This document shows positions 1-9,097 of a stretch of 64,000 nt of DNA, in pieces. The stretch is from Patescibacteria group bacterium (GTDB lineage Bacteria; Patescibacteriota; Minisyncoccia; Phycocordibacterales; Phycocordibacteraceae): assembly GCA_018971045.1 (NCBI GenBank), contig JAGWVF010000001.1, positions 11,480-75,479 on the forward strand, in the 5' to 3' direction. The position numbers were made by a program, and so were the translations under genes. Each line of letters opens with the position of its first letter. Position 1 is the first letter of the stretch. A model generated the notes under the pieces. The model saw only the letters and a program-made list of their open reading frames with translations. It was not told where the DNA came from and did no database searches.

Positions 1-520
1 GGAATCCGAGGTGGCGGAAAAAAGCCTCGGCTTCGGGCTTACTTTTCGCAGTCGTGACCAGCGTAACCGCGAGGCCGAAGACATCTTTCAAGTCTTCGTC
101 GGCGGTTTCCGGAAAGATCGTATGTTCCTTGATTCCGATCGTCATATTGCCCATCTCGTCGATCGCTTTCGGCGAGAGGCCGCGGAAGTCGCGCGTGCGC
201 GGGAGAACGATATGGACGAGCTTATCGATAAAATCGAACATTCGCGCTCCGCGAAGCGTAATCTGAAGTCCCACGGTATCGCCCTCGCGTACCTTAAACG
301 AGGCAATGGATTGTTTCGCGGCTCGGGCGGCGGGCTTCTGACCGGTGATGTGCATCAATCGGTTCTCGATAAGCTCGATCTGCTTCTTGTCGCGCTTCTT
401 GCCAACGCCGGTCGAGACGATAACTTTCATAATCCGCGGGCATTGCATGGAACTCGTGTAGTGGAATGCCTCCTGGAGGGCGAGGTAGGCGGTCTGCTGG
501 CGTTCTTTGGTAATTGACAT
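1..520 (-). CDS. rplE: 50S ribosomal protein L5 (partial, C-terminal part runs off the window start)
   Basis: Reverse-strand translation from ATG ~520 gives MSITKERQQTAYLALQEAFHYTSSMQCPRIMKVIVSTGVGKKRDKKQIELIENRLMHITGQKPAARAAKQSIASFK, a typical L5 N-terminus. It sits immediately downstream of rplX. The plus-strand ORF 11..517 is its antisense. Confidence 0.8.
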   Translation of the reverse strand, partial: MSITKERQQTAYLALQEAFHYTSSMQCPRIMKVIVSTGVGKKRDKKQIELIENRLMHITGQKPAARAAKQSIASFKVREGDTVGLQITLRGARMFDFIDKLVHIVLPRTRDFRGLSPKAIDEMGNMTIGIKEHTIFPETADEDLKDVFGLAVTLVTTAKSKPEAEAFFRHLGF

Positions 521-526
521 ATGTAT

Positions 527-829
527 TTATTTAGCCTTCCGTGAATCCGCTGAATCGGCGGCCTTCGGCTTTTTCGTTTTCGCGGGCGCGTCAAGCGCTG
601 ACTCGATCTTCAAATGCGAGACGAGCGCGACATTCGAGGCATCGATCGCGCGCGGACGCTCGACGATGCGGCCGACCTGCCCTTGCTGGCCCTTGACGTG
701 GCGCTTATAGAGCGCGGCGCCCTCGACCACGACCGCGTTCTCCTTCGGAAACGCGCGGAGCACCACGCCGGACTTCCCCTTGTCCTTACCCGAAATAATC
801 TTCACCTTATCGCCTTTCTTGATGTTCAT
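527..829 (-). CDS. rplX: 50S ribosomal protein L24
   Basis: 100 aa with a KOW motif (MNIKKGDKVKIISGKDKGKSG); spc-operon context. Confidence 0.9.
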   Translation of the reverse strand: MNIKKGDKVKIISGKDKGKSGVVLRAFPKENAVVVEGAALYKRHVKGQQGQVGRIVERPRAIDASNVALVSHLKIESALDAPAKTKKPKAADSADSRKAK

Positions 830-839
830 AGTTCAAATG

Positions 840-1217
840 CTAAACGACTTCCGGCGCCAGAGCGACGATCGAGTGCCAGCCGCGTTCGTCGAGTTCGCGC
901 GGCACCGGTCCGAAGATGCGATTTCCTTTCGGACCCATCTCCTTGCCCTGCTTCTCGATAAGCACGACGGCGTTCTCGTCAAAACGAACGTACGAGCCGT
1001 CCTTGCGCGCAAAGGACTTCGCCTGGCGAACGACGACCGCGCGATAGATATCCTTTTTCTTGACGGCCTTGCGCGGCTGAGCCGTCTGGATCGAGACCAC
1101 GACCGTATCCCCGATCTGAGCGTAGCGGCGCTTGGATCCTCCAAGCACCTTGAAGATTCGCGCGACCTGGCCGCCGGAATTATCAGCTACGGTAACGATG
1201 CTTTGCGGTTGCAACAT
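840..1217 (-). CDS. rplN: 50S ribosomal protein L14
   Basis: MLQPQSIVTVADNSGG...GDTVVVSI..., a canonical L14 sequence. Confidence 0.95.
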   Translation of the reverse strand: MLQPQSIVTVADNSGGQVARIFKVLGGSKRRYAQIGDTVVVSIQTAQPRKAVKKKDIYRAVVVRQAKSFARKDGSYVRFDENAVVLIEKQGKEMGPKGNRIFGPVPRELDERGWHSIVALAPEVV

Positions 1218-1220
1218 ATA

Positions 1221-1520
1221 TTATTTCTCGTTCTCGACCGGAATCGTCTTTGCGGGATCGATCGCGAAACGCTTCAATTTCGAGATCGGGCGCGTCGCGA
1301 CGATCGTAACCGTATCGCCGACCTGCGCCGTATTCCCCGGATCATGAGCGAGATAATTTTTCGAGCGCACGCGATACTTCTTGTACTTGGCATTCTTCAC
1401 GTAGCGATCGACGCGGACCGTCGCCGTATCTTTCATGGCGGTCTTCACGACCGTACCGACAAATGACTGTCGGAGATTCTGATTCTGTTGATCGGAGGAG
1501 CGGGTGGTCTTGGTTTCCAT
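1221..1520 (-). CDS. rpsQ: 30S ribosomal protein S17
   Basis: 99 aa, FVGTVVKTAMKDTATVRVDRYV..., an S17 OB-fold sequence at the expected operon position. Confidence 0.9.
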   Translation of the reverse strand: METKTTRSSDQQNQNLRQSFVGTVVKTAMKDTATVRVDRYVKNAKYKKYRVRSKNYLAHDPGNTAQVGDTVTIVATRPISKLKRFAIDPAKTIPVENEK

Positions 1521-1523
1521 ACG

Positions 1524-1748
1524 TTATGCAGAAGCGGTCGGAGTAACCGGCGGGGTGGCGCGCGCGCGCAAATGCCTCTCCGTCAAAATACGAGCGATCG
1601 TCGCGCGCAGTTTCCGGGGCGCGGTGCTGTCCTTAGCGCGGGCGCCGACAGCCGAAAAGCGCTCGGTACGGAGCGTCGCGCGCGTATCAGCCAGAAGCTT
1701 GAGAAGCTCTTGATCGGTCTTATCCTTCATATGTTCTCTTTTTGCCAT
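1524..1748 (-). CDS. rpmC: 50S ribosomal protein L29
   Basis: 74 aa, KDKTDQELLKLLADTRATL... L29 signature. Confidence 0.85.
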   Translation of the reverse strand: MAKREHMKDKTDQELLKLLADTRATLRTERFSAVGARAKDSTAPRKLRATIARILTERHLRARATPPVTPTASA

Positions 1749-1768
1749 AGTATGGAAATTAAAGCAAT

Positions 1769-2188
1769 TTAGCGGACGACGATGGCCGTCTTTACGGGGA
1801 GTTTCATGCCCGCTTGACGCAGGTGGGAGCGGGCGATCTTCTCGTCAACGCCGTCGATCTCAAAAAGGATACGGCCCGGACGAACCTGAAAAACATAGTG
1901 TTTCGGATCGCCCTTCCCGCTCCCCATACCCACTTCCGCGGGCTTCGAGGTTACCGGACGATCAGGGAAAATGCGGATCCAAAGCTTGCCGGTCTTGGCA
2001 GTCGCCCGGGTGAGCACCTTGCGCGCTGATTCGATCTGATTACTCGTCACGCGCGCAGGCGTGAGCGCCTTCATGCCGAAAGAGCCGAAAGCGAGCGTAA
2101 CGCCGCGCGTGTCGGGACGGTTGAGATTCTTCTGCGAGAGACGCTGGGTCTGCCACTTGCGATGCTTTACTTTTTTCGGGAACAACAT
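1769..2188 (-). CDS. rplP: 50S ribosomal protein L16
   Basis: [13 protein letters not shown]...[15 protein letters not shown]...; the start is probably the internal Met of the track ORF 1769..2194. Confidence 0.9.
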   Translation of the reverse strand: MLFPKKVKHRKWQTQRLSQKNLNRPDTRGVTLAFGSFGMKALTPARVTSNQIESARKVLTRATAKTGKLWIRIFPDRPVTSKPAEVGMGSGKGDPKHYVFQVRPGRILFEIDGVDEKIARSHLRQAGMKLPVKTAIVVR

Positions 2189-2197
2189 ATGCAACGA

Positions 2198-2908
2198 TTA
2201 ACCTCGCATCGGGCTGTCGGACAGGTGCACCGCCGTTTTTTTGTCCTGATAGACATTACCGCGGTAGATCCAAACCTTGATGCCGATCACGCCATACGGA
2301 AGATACGCCTCCTCGTTGGCGAAGTCGATATCCGCGCGGAATGTCTGAAGCGGAATACGGCCTTTCTTCACCTCCTCTTTGCGGCTCATCTCGGCGCCGC
2401 CAAGACGGCCTGAGACCGCGATGCGCACGCCTTCGACCTCTCGCGCCGCGATCACCTTCTCGACCGTCTGCTTGAGCACGCGGCGGAACGGCATGCGTTT
2501 CTCGAGACCCTCGGCGACCATATAGGCGACTACCGCGGCGTCGGCTTCAGGCTGACGGATCTCATTAATATCGATCTTGACCTGCGTGCCGGCCGGAAGT
2601 GCGTTCTTGGAAATTTTTCGAACGACCTCGGTAAGATCGGAGCGGAGCTTGGCCGCGTTCTCGCCGGACCGCCCGATAACGAGGCCGGGACGAGCCGTCG
2701 AGAGAACGACGCGCAATTCGCTCTGGGAGCGCTCAATGTCGATGCCGCTCGTATACGTGCCGCGCAGACGCTTCGAGAGATAGCGGCGAATCACCTCATC
2801 CACCTGAATGTTCTCGCGGTAGCTCTTTTTGTTCACGGCGAACCAGCGGCTCTTCCAATCGCGGATAATGCCGAGACGGTGGGCGTAGGGATGTACGGTG
2901 TGAGTCAT
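2198..2908 (-). CDS. rpsC: 30S ribosomal protein S3
   Basis: 236 aa; KH/S3 C-terminal motifs (GIIRDWKSRWF, LVIGRSGENAAKLR). Confidence 0.95.
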   Translation of the reverse strand: MTHTVHPYAHRLGIIRDWKSRWFAVNKKSYRENIQVDEVIRRYLSKRLRGTYTSGIDIERSQSELRVVLSTARPGLVIGRSGENAAKLRSDLTEVVRKISKNALPAGTQVKIDINEIRQPEADAAVVAYMVAEGLEKRMPFRRVLKQTVEKVIAAREVEGVRIAVSGRLGGAEMSRKEEVKKGRIPLQTFRADIDFANEEAYLPYGVIGIKVWIYRGNVYQDKKTAVHLSDSPMRG

Positions 2909-2912
2909 GGTG

Positions 2913-3296
2913 TTATAAATCCGAAGAAATGGATCCTGTCTCGGCCTTGGCGTTTGCCTCCGGATACTTCGTGAGCGGAGCGAGAGTCACTTTCACGCGG
3001 CTCTTGCGGCGGCGGATAAGCGAGGCGCGACCGAAGGCGCGCGGCATATATTTCTTCAGCATGCCAGCGCTTTCGACGGTGATCGACTCGATCTTGAGCG
3101 AGTCGATATCTTGTCCCTTATTCTTCGCATTCGCGGCGGCACTCTTGATAAGCTTCGCGACTGGCTCGGCGGCGCGGCGCGGGAGAAAGGCGAGCTCTTC
3201 GAGCGCCCGTGCGACCGGCTTGCCCTTCACGAGATCCGTAACGAGACGGACCTTGCGCGGAGTTTGATTATGACTCTTGAGTTCTGCGTACGCCAT
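2913..3296 (-). CDS. rplV: 50S ribosomal protein L22 (with C-terminal extension)
   Basis: MAYAELKSHNQTPRKVRLVTDLVKGKPV... L22 family; 127 aa. Confidence 0.9.
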   Translation of the reverse strand: MAYAELKSHNQTPRKVRLVTDLVKGKPVARALEELAFLPRRAAEPVAKLIKSAAANAKNKGQDIDSLKIESITVESAGMLKKYMPRAFGRASLIRRRKSRVKVTLAPLTKYPEANAKAETGSISSDL

Positions 3297-3299
3297 ACT

Positions 3300-3644
3300 T
3301 TATTTCTTTGGATTCGCCGGGGCTTCCTTCGCGGCCTTGGCGGACGCTATCTCGGCCTGTTGCTTCTTGGCTTCCATCTCCTTCTGCATCTTGCCGCCGT
3401 GGCGAACGAACTTCTTGGTCGGCGAGAACTCGCCAAGGCGGTGTCCCACCATCTCCTCGGAGACGAGAACTTCAATATGCGACTTTCCATTATGAACGCC
3501 GAAGGTGAACCCGACCATTTCTGGGCTCACCTGACTCCGACGCGCCCACGTTTTAATCACCCCGGCGGTAGCCGGTTTTTTGTCGACCAGTTTCTTCAGG
3601 AGCTTAGCGTCCACGAAGGGTCCTTTCTTGAGTGATCGAGACAT
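3300..3644 (-). CDS. rpsS: 30S ribosomal protein S19 (Lys/Ala-rich C-terminal tail)
   Basis: Internal Met gives [18 protein letters not shown]...GHRLGEF, a canonical S19 sequence. The longer track ORF 3300..3710 adds 22 non-homologous residues. Confidence 0.9.
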   Translation of the reverse strand: MSRSLKKGPFVDAKLLKKLVDKKPATAGVIKTWARRSQVSPEMVGFTFGVHNGKSHIEVLVSEEMVGHRLGEFSPTKKFVRHGGKMQKEMEAKKQQAEIASAKAAKEAPANPKK

Positions 3645-3804
3645 GAAAAGTAATGAAAAGCCCGCACAGCGGGATACCGGAACGATACAGGAAATGGCCA
3701 AAAAACGCAAACGGGTGGAGCGCCGGGAGCTGTCCTACCTCATTTTCTTGGTACACCCAGCACTAACTTCCCAAAGCAGTTAGTGCTGGGTACACTGAGG
3801 GTAT

Positions 3805-4563
3805 ATGAACAAACAAACTATTGCCGGTGCGGTCGTCCTTGTGGTTGTCGTTCTCGGGATAGCACTCTACGCGGCAGTGCGGCCAAAGCCGGCATTGGCA
3901 CCAACGGCCACGCTCCCCGCCCCTACGATGACACTCCCCGAGCTCACCTACACGGAGCACACGACGCGGTACGACATCGACGCACATTACGCCTCGAGCA
4001 CTCGTATGCTTAAAGAGCCCGCGAACGCCGCCGCCATTGAGCAGATGAAAGACTTCATAGCAAACGCCATCGAGCAATTCAAGACCGATGTCTCGGCTGC
4101 TGGAACGGATACGGGCGCCAAAGCGACATTGAAGATCGTCTATCTTATCTTCTTGTCCCCCCGTGCGGAGTCCTACGTCTTCACCATCGATTCCTATCTG
4201 CCAGGCGCAGCACACGGCAACCGGCTCTTTAAGACCTTCGTCTTCAGTACCGACTCCGGACAATCTAGTACGGCACTCCCGCTCGCAGATCTCTTTGTGC
4301 CAGGCGCGCACTATCTCGATCTGCTCTCCCAGCTCGCCCACGCGCGCCTGCCCGAGGTGATCGGCTCAGACTACGATGTTGACATGATTCGGAACGGCAC
4401 CACGCCGACGGATGAACACTTCCAAAACTTTTTCCTCGATAATCGCGACCTCGTGATTCTCTTCCCGCCGTACCAGGTCGCCGCGTATGCCGACGGTCCG
4501 CAGACGCTCCGCCTCCCCGTCTCGCTTCTTGCAAATATTCTCGAGCCGAGATACCGGCAGTAA
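3805..4563 (+). CDS. Membrane-anchored DUF4163/DUF3298 (RsiV/PdaC-like extracytoplasmic domain) protein
   Basis: N-terminal TM helix (AGAVVLVVVVLGIALYAAV). C-terminal ...LVILFPPYQVAAYADGPQTLRLP resembles the DUF3298 signature. Opposite strand to the surrounding ribosomal genes, with the SD-like motif GAGGG ~6 nt upstream of the ATG. Confidence 0.55.
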   Translation: MNKQTIAGAVVLVVVVLGIALYAAVRPKPALAPTATLPAPTMTLPELTYTEHTTRYDIDAHYASSTRMLKEPANAAAIEQMKDFIANAIEQFKTDVSAAGTDTGAKATLKIVYLIFLSPRAESYVFTIDSYLPGAAHGNRLFKTFVFSTDSGQSSTALPLADLFVPGAHYLDLLSQLAHARLPEVIGSDYDVDMIRNGTTPTDEHFQNFFLDNRDLVILFPPYQVAAYADGPQTLRLPVSLLANILEPRYRQ

Positions 4564-4606
4564 AACATCCGCCGCCTTCTTTAGAGGCGGTGGATGTTTT
4601 GTGTTC
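4562..4606. terminator. Bidirectional intrinsic terminator between the DUF3298 gene and rplB (convergent)
   Basis: AAACATCCGCCGCC-N9-GGCGGTGGATGTTTT hairpin followed by TTTTGTGTT on the plus strand. Confidence 0.6.
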
Positions 4607-4614
4607 AAAATGCC

Positions 4615-5457
4615 TTAGCGCTTCTTGCCGACCTTGCGGCGGGAGACGATGAAGACGTTGCTGTACTTCTTCGGCGTGCGCGTCTTCTGGCCCTTGCCGG
4701 TGGGCTTGCCCCACTTGCTCTTCGCCCTGCGGAGTCCGCGGCCCTGCTTGCCTTCGCCGCCGCCGTGCGGGTGATCCACCGGATTCATCGCCGAGCCTCG
4801 CACCGTCGGACGCTTCCCCATCCAGCGCGAGCGACCGGCCTTACCGACAACGACGAGATTGTATTCCTCGTTGCCCACTGCGCCGATCGAAGCCCAGGCG
4901 AGATCAGAGATCTTGCGAATTTCAGACGACGGGAGCTTCACCTGCGCATAGCCGGCGTCATGCGCGACGACCTCGGCATAATTTCCTGCTGAACGAACGA
5001 GCGATGCACCGGCAAGGGGTGCGATCTCGATATTATAAATGAACGTGCCAACCGGGATCCTGCCGAGAGGAAGGCGGTTGCCGGACGTAAGCGGAGCCGT
5101 CTCCGACACGATGAAGGTATCGCCGACCTTGGTGCCCTTCGGCACGATCAAGTAGCGGCGTGCGCCATCTCGATAGAGCGCGAGGCCGATAAAGGCCGAG
5201 CGGTACGGATCGTACTCGATCGTTTCGATCTTGGCCGGAATATTCTTCTTGTCGAATTTAAAATCGACATCGCGGAGGCGGCGCTTATGCCCGCCACCCT
5301 GATGGCGCGTGGTGATGCGGCCGAAAGCGTTCCTGCCCGCCTGGCGCTTCTTCGATCCGAGAAGCGGCTTATAGGGCTCGTCGCCCGACAAGAGCTCCTT
5401 GTAGGGCAGGGTGGTCATGAAGCGGCGGCTCTTGCTGGTAGGTTTGTAGGTTTTCAT
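4615..5457 (-). CDS. rplB: 50S ribosomal protein L2
   Basis: 280 aa; GRNAFGRITTRHQGGGHKR, SAMNPVDHPHGGGEG motifs. Confidence 0.95.
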   Translation of the reverse strand: MKTYKPTSKSRRFMTTLPYKELLSGDEPYKPLLGSKKRQAGRNAFGRITTRHQGGGHKRRLRDVDFKFDKKNIPAKIETIEYDPYRSAFIGLALYRDGARRYLIVPKGTKVGDTFIVSETAPLTSGNRLPLGRIPVGTFIYNIEIAPLAGASLVRSAGNYAEVVAHDAGYAQVKLPSSEIRKISDLAWASIGAVGNEEYNLVVVGKAGRSRWMGKRPTVRGSAMNPVDHPHGGGEGKQGRGLRRAKSKWGKPTGKGQKTRTPKKYSNVFIVSRRKVGKKR

Positions 5458-5466
5458 ACGGAATGA

Positions 5467-5835
5467 TTACGCAAATTGGATGGTATCGCCCTGATTGAGG
5501 TAGACGTACGCCTTCCGACGCGCGGCGCGCGTGCCGACGCCGCGCTTCGTGCGCAAATTTTTCTTCTTCCCTGGGAGATTGACGATGCGGATTTGGCGCG
5601 GCGACACGCCGAAGACATCCTTGATCGCGCCGGCGACCTCGGCTTTCGTCGCGCGCATCGGAACCGCGAACGTATAGATTCCCTTCTCGGTCGCGATGAG
5701 CGCCTTCTCGGAGAACCACGGCGCGCGGATCGTATCGTGAGCCGATCCGTGCACCGGCGTCTTTGCGCGGGCATGGCGCTTCGGAGCATCTGTCTTCTTC
5801 TCCTTCTTAGCGGCCTTTTTATCGAAGAATGCCAT
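5467..5835 (-). CDS. rplW: 50S ribosomal protein L23 (Lys/Ala-rich N-terminal extension)
   Basis: ...IRAPWFSEKALIATEKGIYTFAVPMRATKAEV... L23 core preceded by a ~28-aa basic extension. Confidence 0.9.
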   Translation of the reverse strand: MAFFDKKAAKKEKKTDAPKRHARAKTPVHGSAHDTIRAPWFSEKALIATEKGIYTFAVPMRATKAEVAGAIKDVFGVSPRQIRIVNLPGKKKNLRTKRGVGTRAARRKAYVYLNQGDTIQFA

Positions 5836-5841
5836 ACGGAT

Positions 5842-6552
5842 TTATTTAGCGGCGACGCGCTTCTCGAGAGCCTTAAAGGCGGCCTCGGGATTCTCGATCA
5901 CCAAATACTTATGCGAGAGAATAGCGAGCGGATTAAGATTGCGCAACTCCTCGGTATCGACATTACCGAAGTTCTGGAAGCTCCTGATCGTATTCGCATT
6001 GTAGCTAGAAAGCGCGAGCAGAGCGGCGTTCTTCTTTTTGGCGACGAGCGAGGCGGCATCAGCGCCCTTAGCGAGCGCTCCGAGCACGCCTTTCGCGACG
6101 GCAGTCTTCGGCTCGGCGAAAGTGAACGTATCGACGAGAATAATCTCTCCGTCCTTCGCCTTCTTCGAGAGCGCGGAGACGAGAGCGCCGAGACGCATCT
6201 TCTTGTTGATCTTCTCGCTGTAGTCGCGGTCGACGCGAGGGCCAAAGGTGATGCCGCCGTGACGCCAAATCGGCGATCGGGTCGAGCTGTGGCGCGCCTG
6301 TCCGGTGCCCTTCTGCTTCCACGGGCGTTTGCCGCCGCCGGATACTTCAGAACGATCCTTGGTGTGGGCGCGATTCTGCCGCAGATTGGCTTGCATCGCG
6401 GTCGTCACTTGGTGGATGAGGTCGGCGCGCCAGGGCGCTCCGAAGATGCTCGCCGGCAACGTCGTCGAACCAACCTTCTCGCCGTCCATCGAGAAAATCG
6501 GCATCTCGATCGCCTCCTGTTCTGTTTTCGTGATTTTCTTTTCAGCAGTCAT
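5842..6552 (-). CDS. rplD: 50S ribosomal protein L4
   Basis: 236 aa, L4/L1e family motifs (GGGKRPWKQKGTGQARHSSTRSPIWRHGG). Confidence 0.9.
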   Translation of the reverse strand: MTAEKKITKTEQEAIEMPIFSMDGEKVGSTTLPASIFGAPWRADLIHQVTTAMQANLRQNRAHTKDRSEVSGGGKRPWKQKGTGQARHSSTRSPIWRHGGITFGPRVDRDYSEKINKKMRLGALVSALSKKAKDGEIILVDTFTFAEPKTAVAKGVLGALAKGADAASLVAKKKNAALLALSSYNANTIRSFQNFGNVDTEELRNLNPLAILSHKYLVIENPEAAFKALEKRVAAK

Positions 6553-6562
6553 GGTAGGAAAA

Positions 6563-7177
6563 TTACTTTGAGACGACCTCGAGCATCGTGCCGCGGCGGC
6601 CCGGGACTGCCCCCGACACGATCATCTCACCGGCTTTCAGATCGATCGCGATGACTTTCAGATTCTGAACCGTCACGCGATCGCCGCCCATACGGCCGGC
6701 CATGCGCTTTCCTTTGGCGACGCGGCCGCCCGCGCGGCCGCCCGATCCGCCGATCGAGCCCGGGGCGCGCTCGGTATGCTTCTGACCGTGAGAACGCGGA
6801 CCGCCATGGAAGCCGTGGCGCTTCACCACGCCGGCGAAGCCCTTTCCCTTCGTGATGCCCGACACCTGAACCGTGTCGCCGACGGTAAAGATCGTGGCAT
6901 CGATGGTGCTCCCTACTTCGACGCCAGAAACGTCGCGGAACTCGCGAAGCGCTTTGTAGCCATTGCCTTTCGTGTGGCCGAGGACCGCCTTTGAAATATT
7001 CTTCGGATTCCGTGCGCCGAAGCCGACCTGCACCGCCGCATAGCCGTCCTTCCCTTCTTTCGTCTTTACCGCCGTAACCATCACGGGATCGGCATGGAGA
7101 ATCGTCGCCGCGCGGGCGCGGCCGTCCTCCCCGAAGACGCGGGTCATCCCTACTTTACTCGCGAGAATGAATTTCAT
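6563..7177 (-). CDS. rplC: 50S ribosomal protein L3
   Basis: Internal Met gives MKFILASKVGMTRVF..., a canonical L3 N-terminus. The track ORF extends to 7243 through a leader hairpin. Confidence 0.9.
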   Translation of the reverse strand: MKFILASKVGMTRVFGEDGRARAATILHADPVMVTAVKTKEGKDGYAAVQVGFGARNPKNISKAVLGHTKGNGYKALREFRDVSGVEVGSTIDATIFTVGDTVQVSGITKGKGFAGVVKRHGFHGGPRSHGQKHTERAPGSIGGSGGRAGGRVAKGKRMAGRMGGDRVTVQNLKVIAIDLKAGEMIVSGAVPGRRGTMLEVVSK

Positions 7178-7185
7178 TGGGTAGA

Positions 7186-7241
7186 CAAATCGCGCGACAG
7201 CAACCGCTTCGCGCGATTTGCTGGAGGTCCCGCAAGGGGAC
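7186..7241 (-). promoter_or_regulatory. Structured 5' leader of rplC (two hairpins)
   Basis: CAAATCGCGCG-N13-CGCGCGATTTG (11-bp stem) plus GTCCC-GCAA-GGGGAC, both directly upstream of the rplC start. Confidence 0.4.
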
Positions 7242-7285
7242 ATAGCGATAGGGGCACTCTACACGATGGCCGAAAAAGATGCAAG

Positions 7286-7323
7286 AAAAGCGGAACCGCC
7301 CTTGAAGGGCGGTTCCGCTTTTT
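7286..7323. terminator. Intrinsic terminator between rpsJ and rplC
   Basis: AAAAGCGGAACCGCCC-TTGAA-GGGCGGTTCCGCTTTTT, a perfect 16-bp GC-rich stem with flanking A/T runs on both strands. Confidence 0.7.
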
Positions 7324-7339
7324 ATGTTGGCAATATGGC

Positions 7340-7729
7340 TTACACCATCTTGACGTCGATCGTGACACCCGACGGGAGGTTGAGGTTCGTGAGGGCCTCG
7401 ACCACCTTTTGTGACGGGTTCATGATGTCGATGAGGCGCTTGTGGATGCGCATTTCGAACTGCTCGCGCGCGTCCTTATGAACGAAGGTCGAGCGGTTGA
7501 CCGTCCAGCGCTTAATCTCAGTCGGGAGCGGAACGGGGCCGACGACGACTGCGTCAAAGCGCGCCGCGGTGTCCATAATCTGCTTAACCGAGAGGTCGAG
7601 AATCTTATGTTCGTACGCGCGGACCCGGATCCGCAGTTTGTGCTCGGCCGTTGCAGGCGCGGCAACCTTCTTCGCGGCGCGCTTCGGAGCGGCCTTCGCT
7701 TTCGGTTTTGCTTCTGTGGCGGACGGCAT
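7340..7729 (-). CDS. rpsJ: 30S ribosomal protein S10 (Lys/Ala-rich N-terminal extension)
   Basis: ...HKLRIRVRAYEHKILD...VGPVPLPTEIKRWTVNRSTFVHKDAREQFEMR..., an S10 core. The track ORF starts at a TTG that would overlap tuf, so the ATG at ~7729 (MPSATEAKPKAKAAPK...) is preferred. Confidence 0.85.
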   Translation of the reverse strand: MPSATEAKPKAKAAPKRAAKKVAAPATAEHKLRIRVRAYEHKILDLSVKQIMDTAARFDAVVVGPVPLPTEIKRWTVNRSTFVHKDAREQFEMRIHKRLIDIMNPSQKVVEALTNLNLPSGVTIDVKMV

Positions 7730-7748
7730 AGGGATTGATGAGGGATAT

Positions 7749-8948
7749 TTACTTGGTGATTTTCGTAACAACGCCCGCGCCGACCGTCTTACCGCCTTCG
7801 CGAATAGCGAAGCGTTGCTGCTCTTCGAGCGCGACCGGAGCGACGAGCTTCACCGTGAAGGTAACCGTGTCGCCCGGCATAACCATCTCCTTGCCCTCCG
7901 GAAGCGTTACTTCGCCCGTAACGTCGGTGGTGCGGATATAGAACTGCGGCTTGTAGCCCGAGAAGAACGGCGTGTGGCGGCCGCCCTCGTCCTTACCGAG
8001 GATGTACACCTCGGCGGTGAAGTCAGTGTGCGGCGTAACCGATCCGACCTTCGAGAGGACCTGGCCGCGATGCACGTCTTCCTTCTTGGTGCCGCGCAGG
8101 AGGATGCCGGCGTTGTCGCCTGCCTGTCCTTCCTGAAGCTGCTTGTTAAACATCTCGATGCCGGTAACGGTCGTCTTCGTGGTCGGCTTGATACCGACGA
8201 TCTCGACTTCCTCGCCGACCTTGACCTGGCCGCGCTCGATTCTGCCCGTGACCACGGTTCCGCGACCTTCGATCGAGAAGATGTCCTCGATCGGCATGAG
8301 AAACGGCTTTGCGAGTTCGCGCTCCGGCATATCGAAGTAGCTGTCCATCGTATCGACGAGCTCCTTCACCTTCGCGGCGTATTCGTCGGTTGCGGTGGCC
8401 GATTCAAGCGCCTTCAGGCCGGAACCGCGGATAATCGGCGTATTGGCTCCGTCATAGCCCTGCTTGGTGAGAAGCTCGCGGATCTCCTCTTCAACGAGAT
8501 CAATGAGATCCGCCTCGGCGACCATGTCTACCTTGTTAAGGAAGACAATGAGTTTCTTGAGGCCAACCTGCTTGGCGAGAAGGATGTGCTCGCGCGTCTG
8601 GGGCATCACGCCGTCGGTAGCGGCGACTACGAGGACCGCGCCGTCCATCTGGGCGGCACCGGTGATCATGTTCTTGATGTAATCAGCGTGTCCCGGCGCG
8701 TCAATGTGCGCGTAGTGACGATTCGGAGTCTCGTACTCAGAATGGTGGAGCGCGATGGTAATGCCGCGCGCCTTCTCTTCCGGCGCGCTGTCGATCTTGT
8801 CGACGCCTTCAACGCGGGCGCCATAGCCCTCTCCCGAGAGCATCGAGAGCACATGGAGGATGCCGGCGGTGAGCGTCGTCTTACCATGGTCCACGTGACC
8901 GATGGTGCCCACGTTCATGTGCGGCTTGCTGCGAGTAAATTCTGCCAT
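7749..8948 (-). CDS. tuf: Elongation factor Tu
   Basis: 399 aa; [28 protein letters not shown]..., with G1-G5 GTPase motifs. Confidence 0.97.
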   Translation of the reverse strand: MAEFTRSKPHMNVGTIGHVDHGKTTLTAGILHVLSMLSGEGYGARVEGVDKIDSAPEEKARGITIALHHSEYETPNRHYAHIDAPGHADYIKNMITGAAQMDGAVLVVAATDGVMPQTREHILLAKQVGLKKLIVFLNKVDMVAEADLIDLVEEEIRELLTKQGYDGANTPIIRGSGLKALESATATDEYAAKVKELVDTMDSYFDMPERELAKPFLMPIEDIFSIEGRGTVVTGRIERGQVKVGEEVEIVGIKPTTKTTVTGIEMFNKQLQEGQAGDNAGILLRGTKKEDVHRGQVLSKVGSVTPHTDFTAEVYILGKDEGGRHTPFFSGYKPQFYIRTTDVTGEVTLPEGKEMVMPGDTVTFTVKLVAPVALEEQQRFAIREGGKTVGAGVVTKITK

Positions 8949-9097
8949 AGTAAAATCGGTTAATTAATAAATCACGAATTAATATCCGACCGAGTCGGAA
9001 ATACACTCCGGCTCGCCACTCGAACAAGCAGGAAGCCAAAGAGCGACGCCACAATGCGTTACAGATAAAGTACCCGAGAGAATGAAAATACGCAAGC

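Noticed and set aside
11-517. 168-aa plus-strand ORF at the window start
   Set aside because: It is the antisense of a clear L5 (rplE) reading frame on the minus strand, which continues the spc operon.
5476-6654. 392-aa plus-strand ORF
   Set aside because: Antisense to rplW and rplD; Arg-rich low-complexity translation.
7497-8963. 488-aa plus-strand ORF
   Set aside because: Antisense to tuf.
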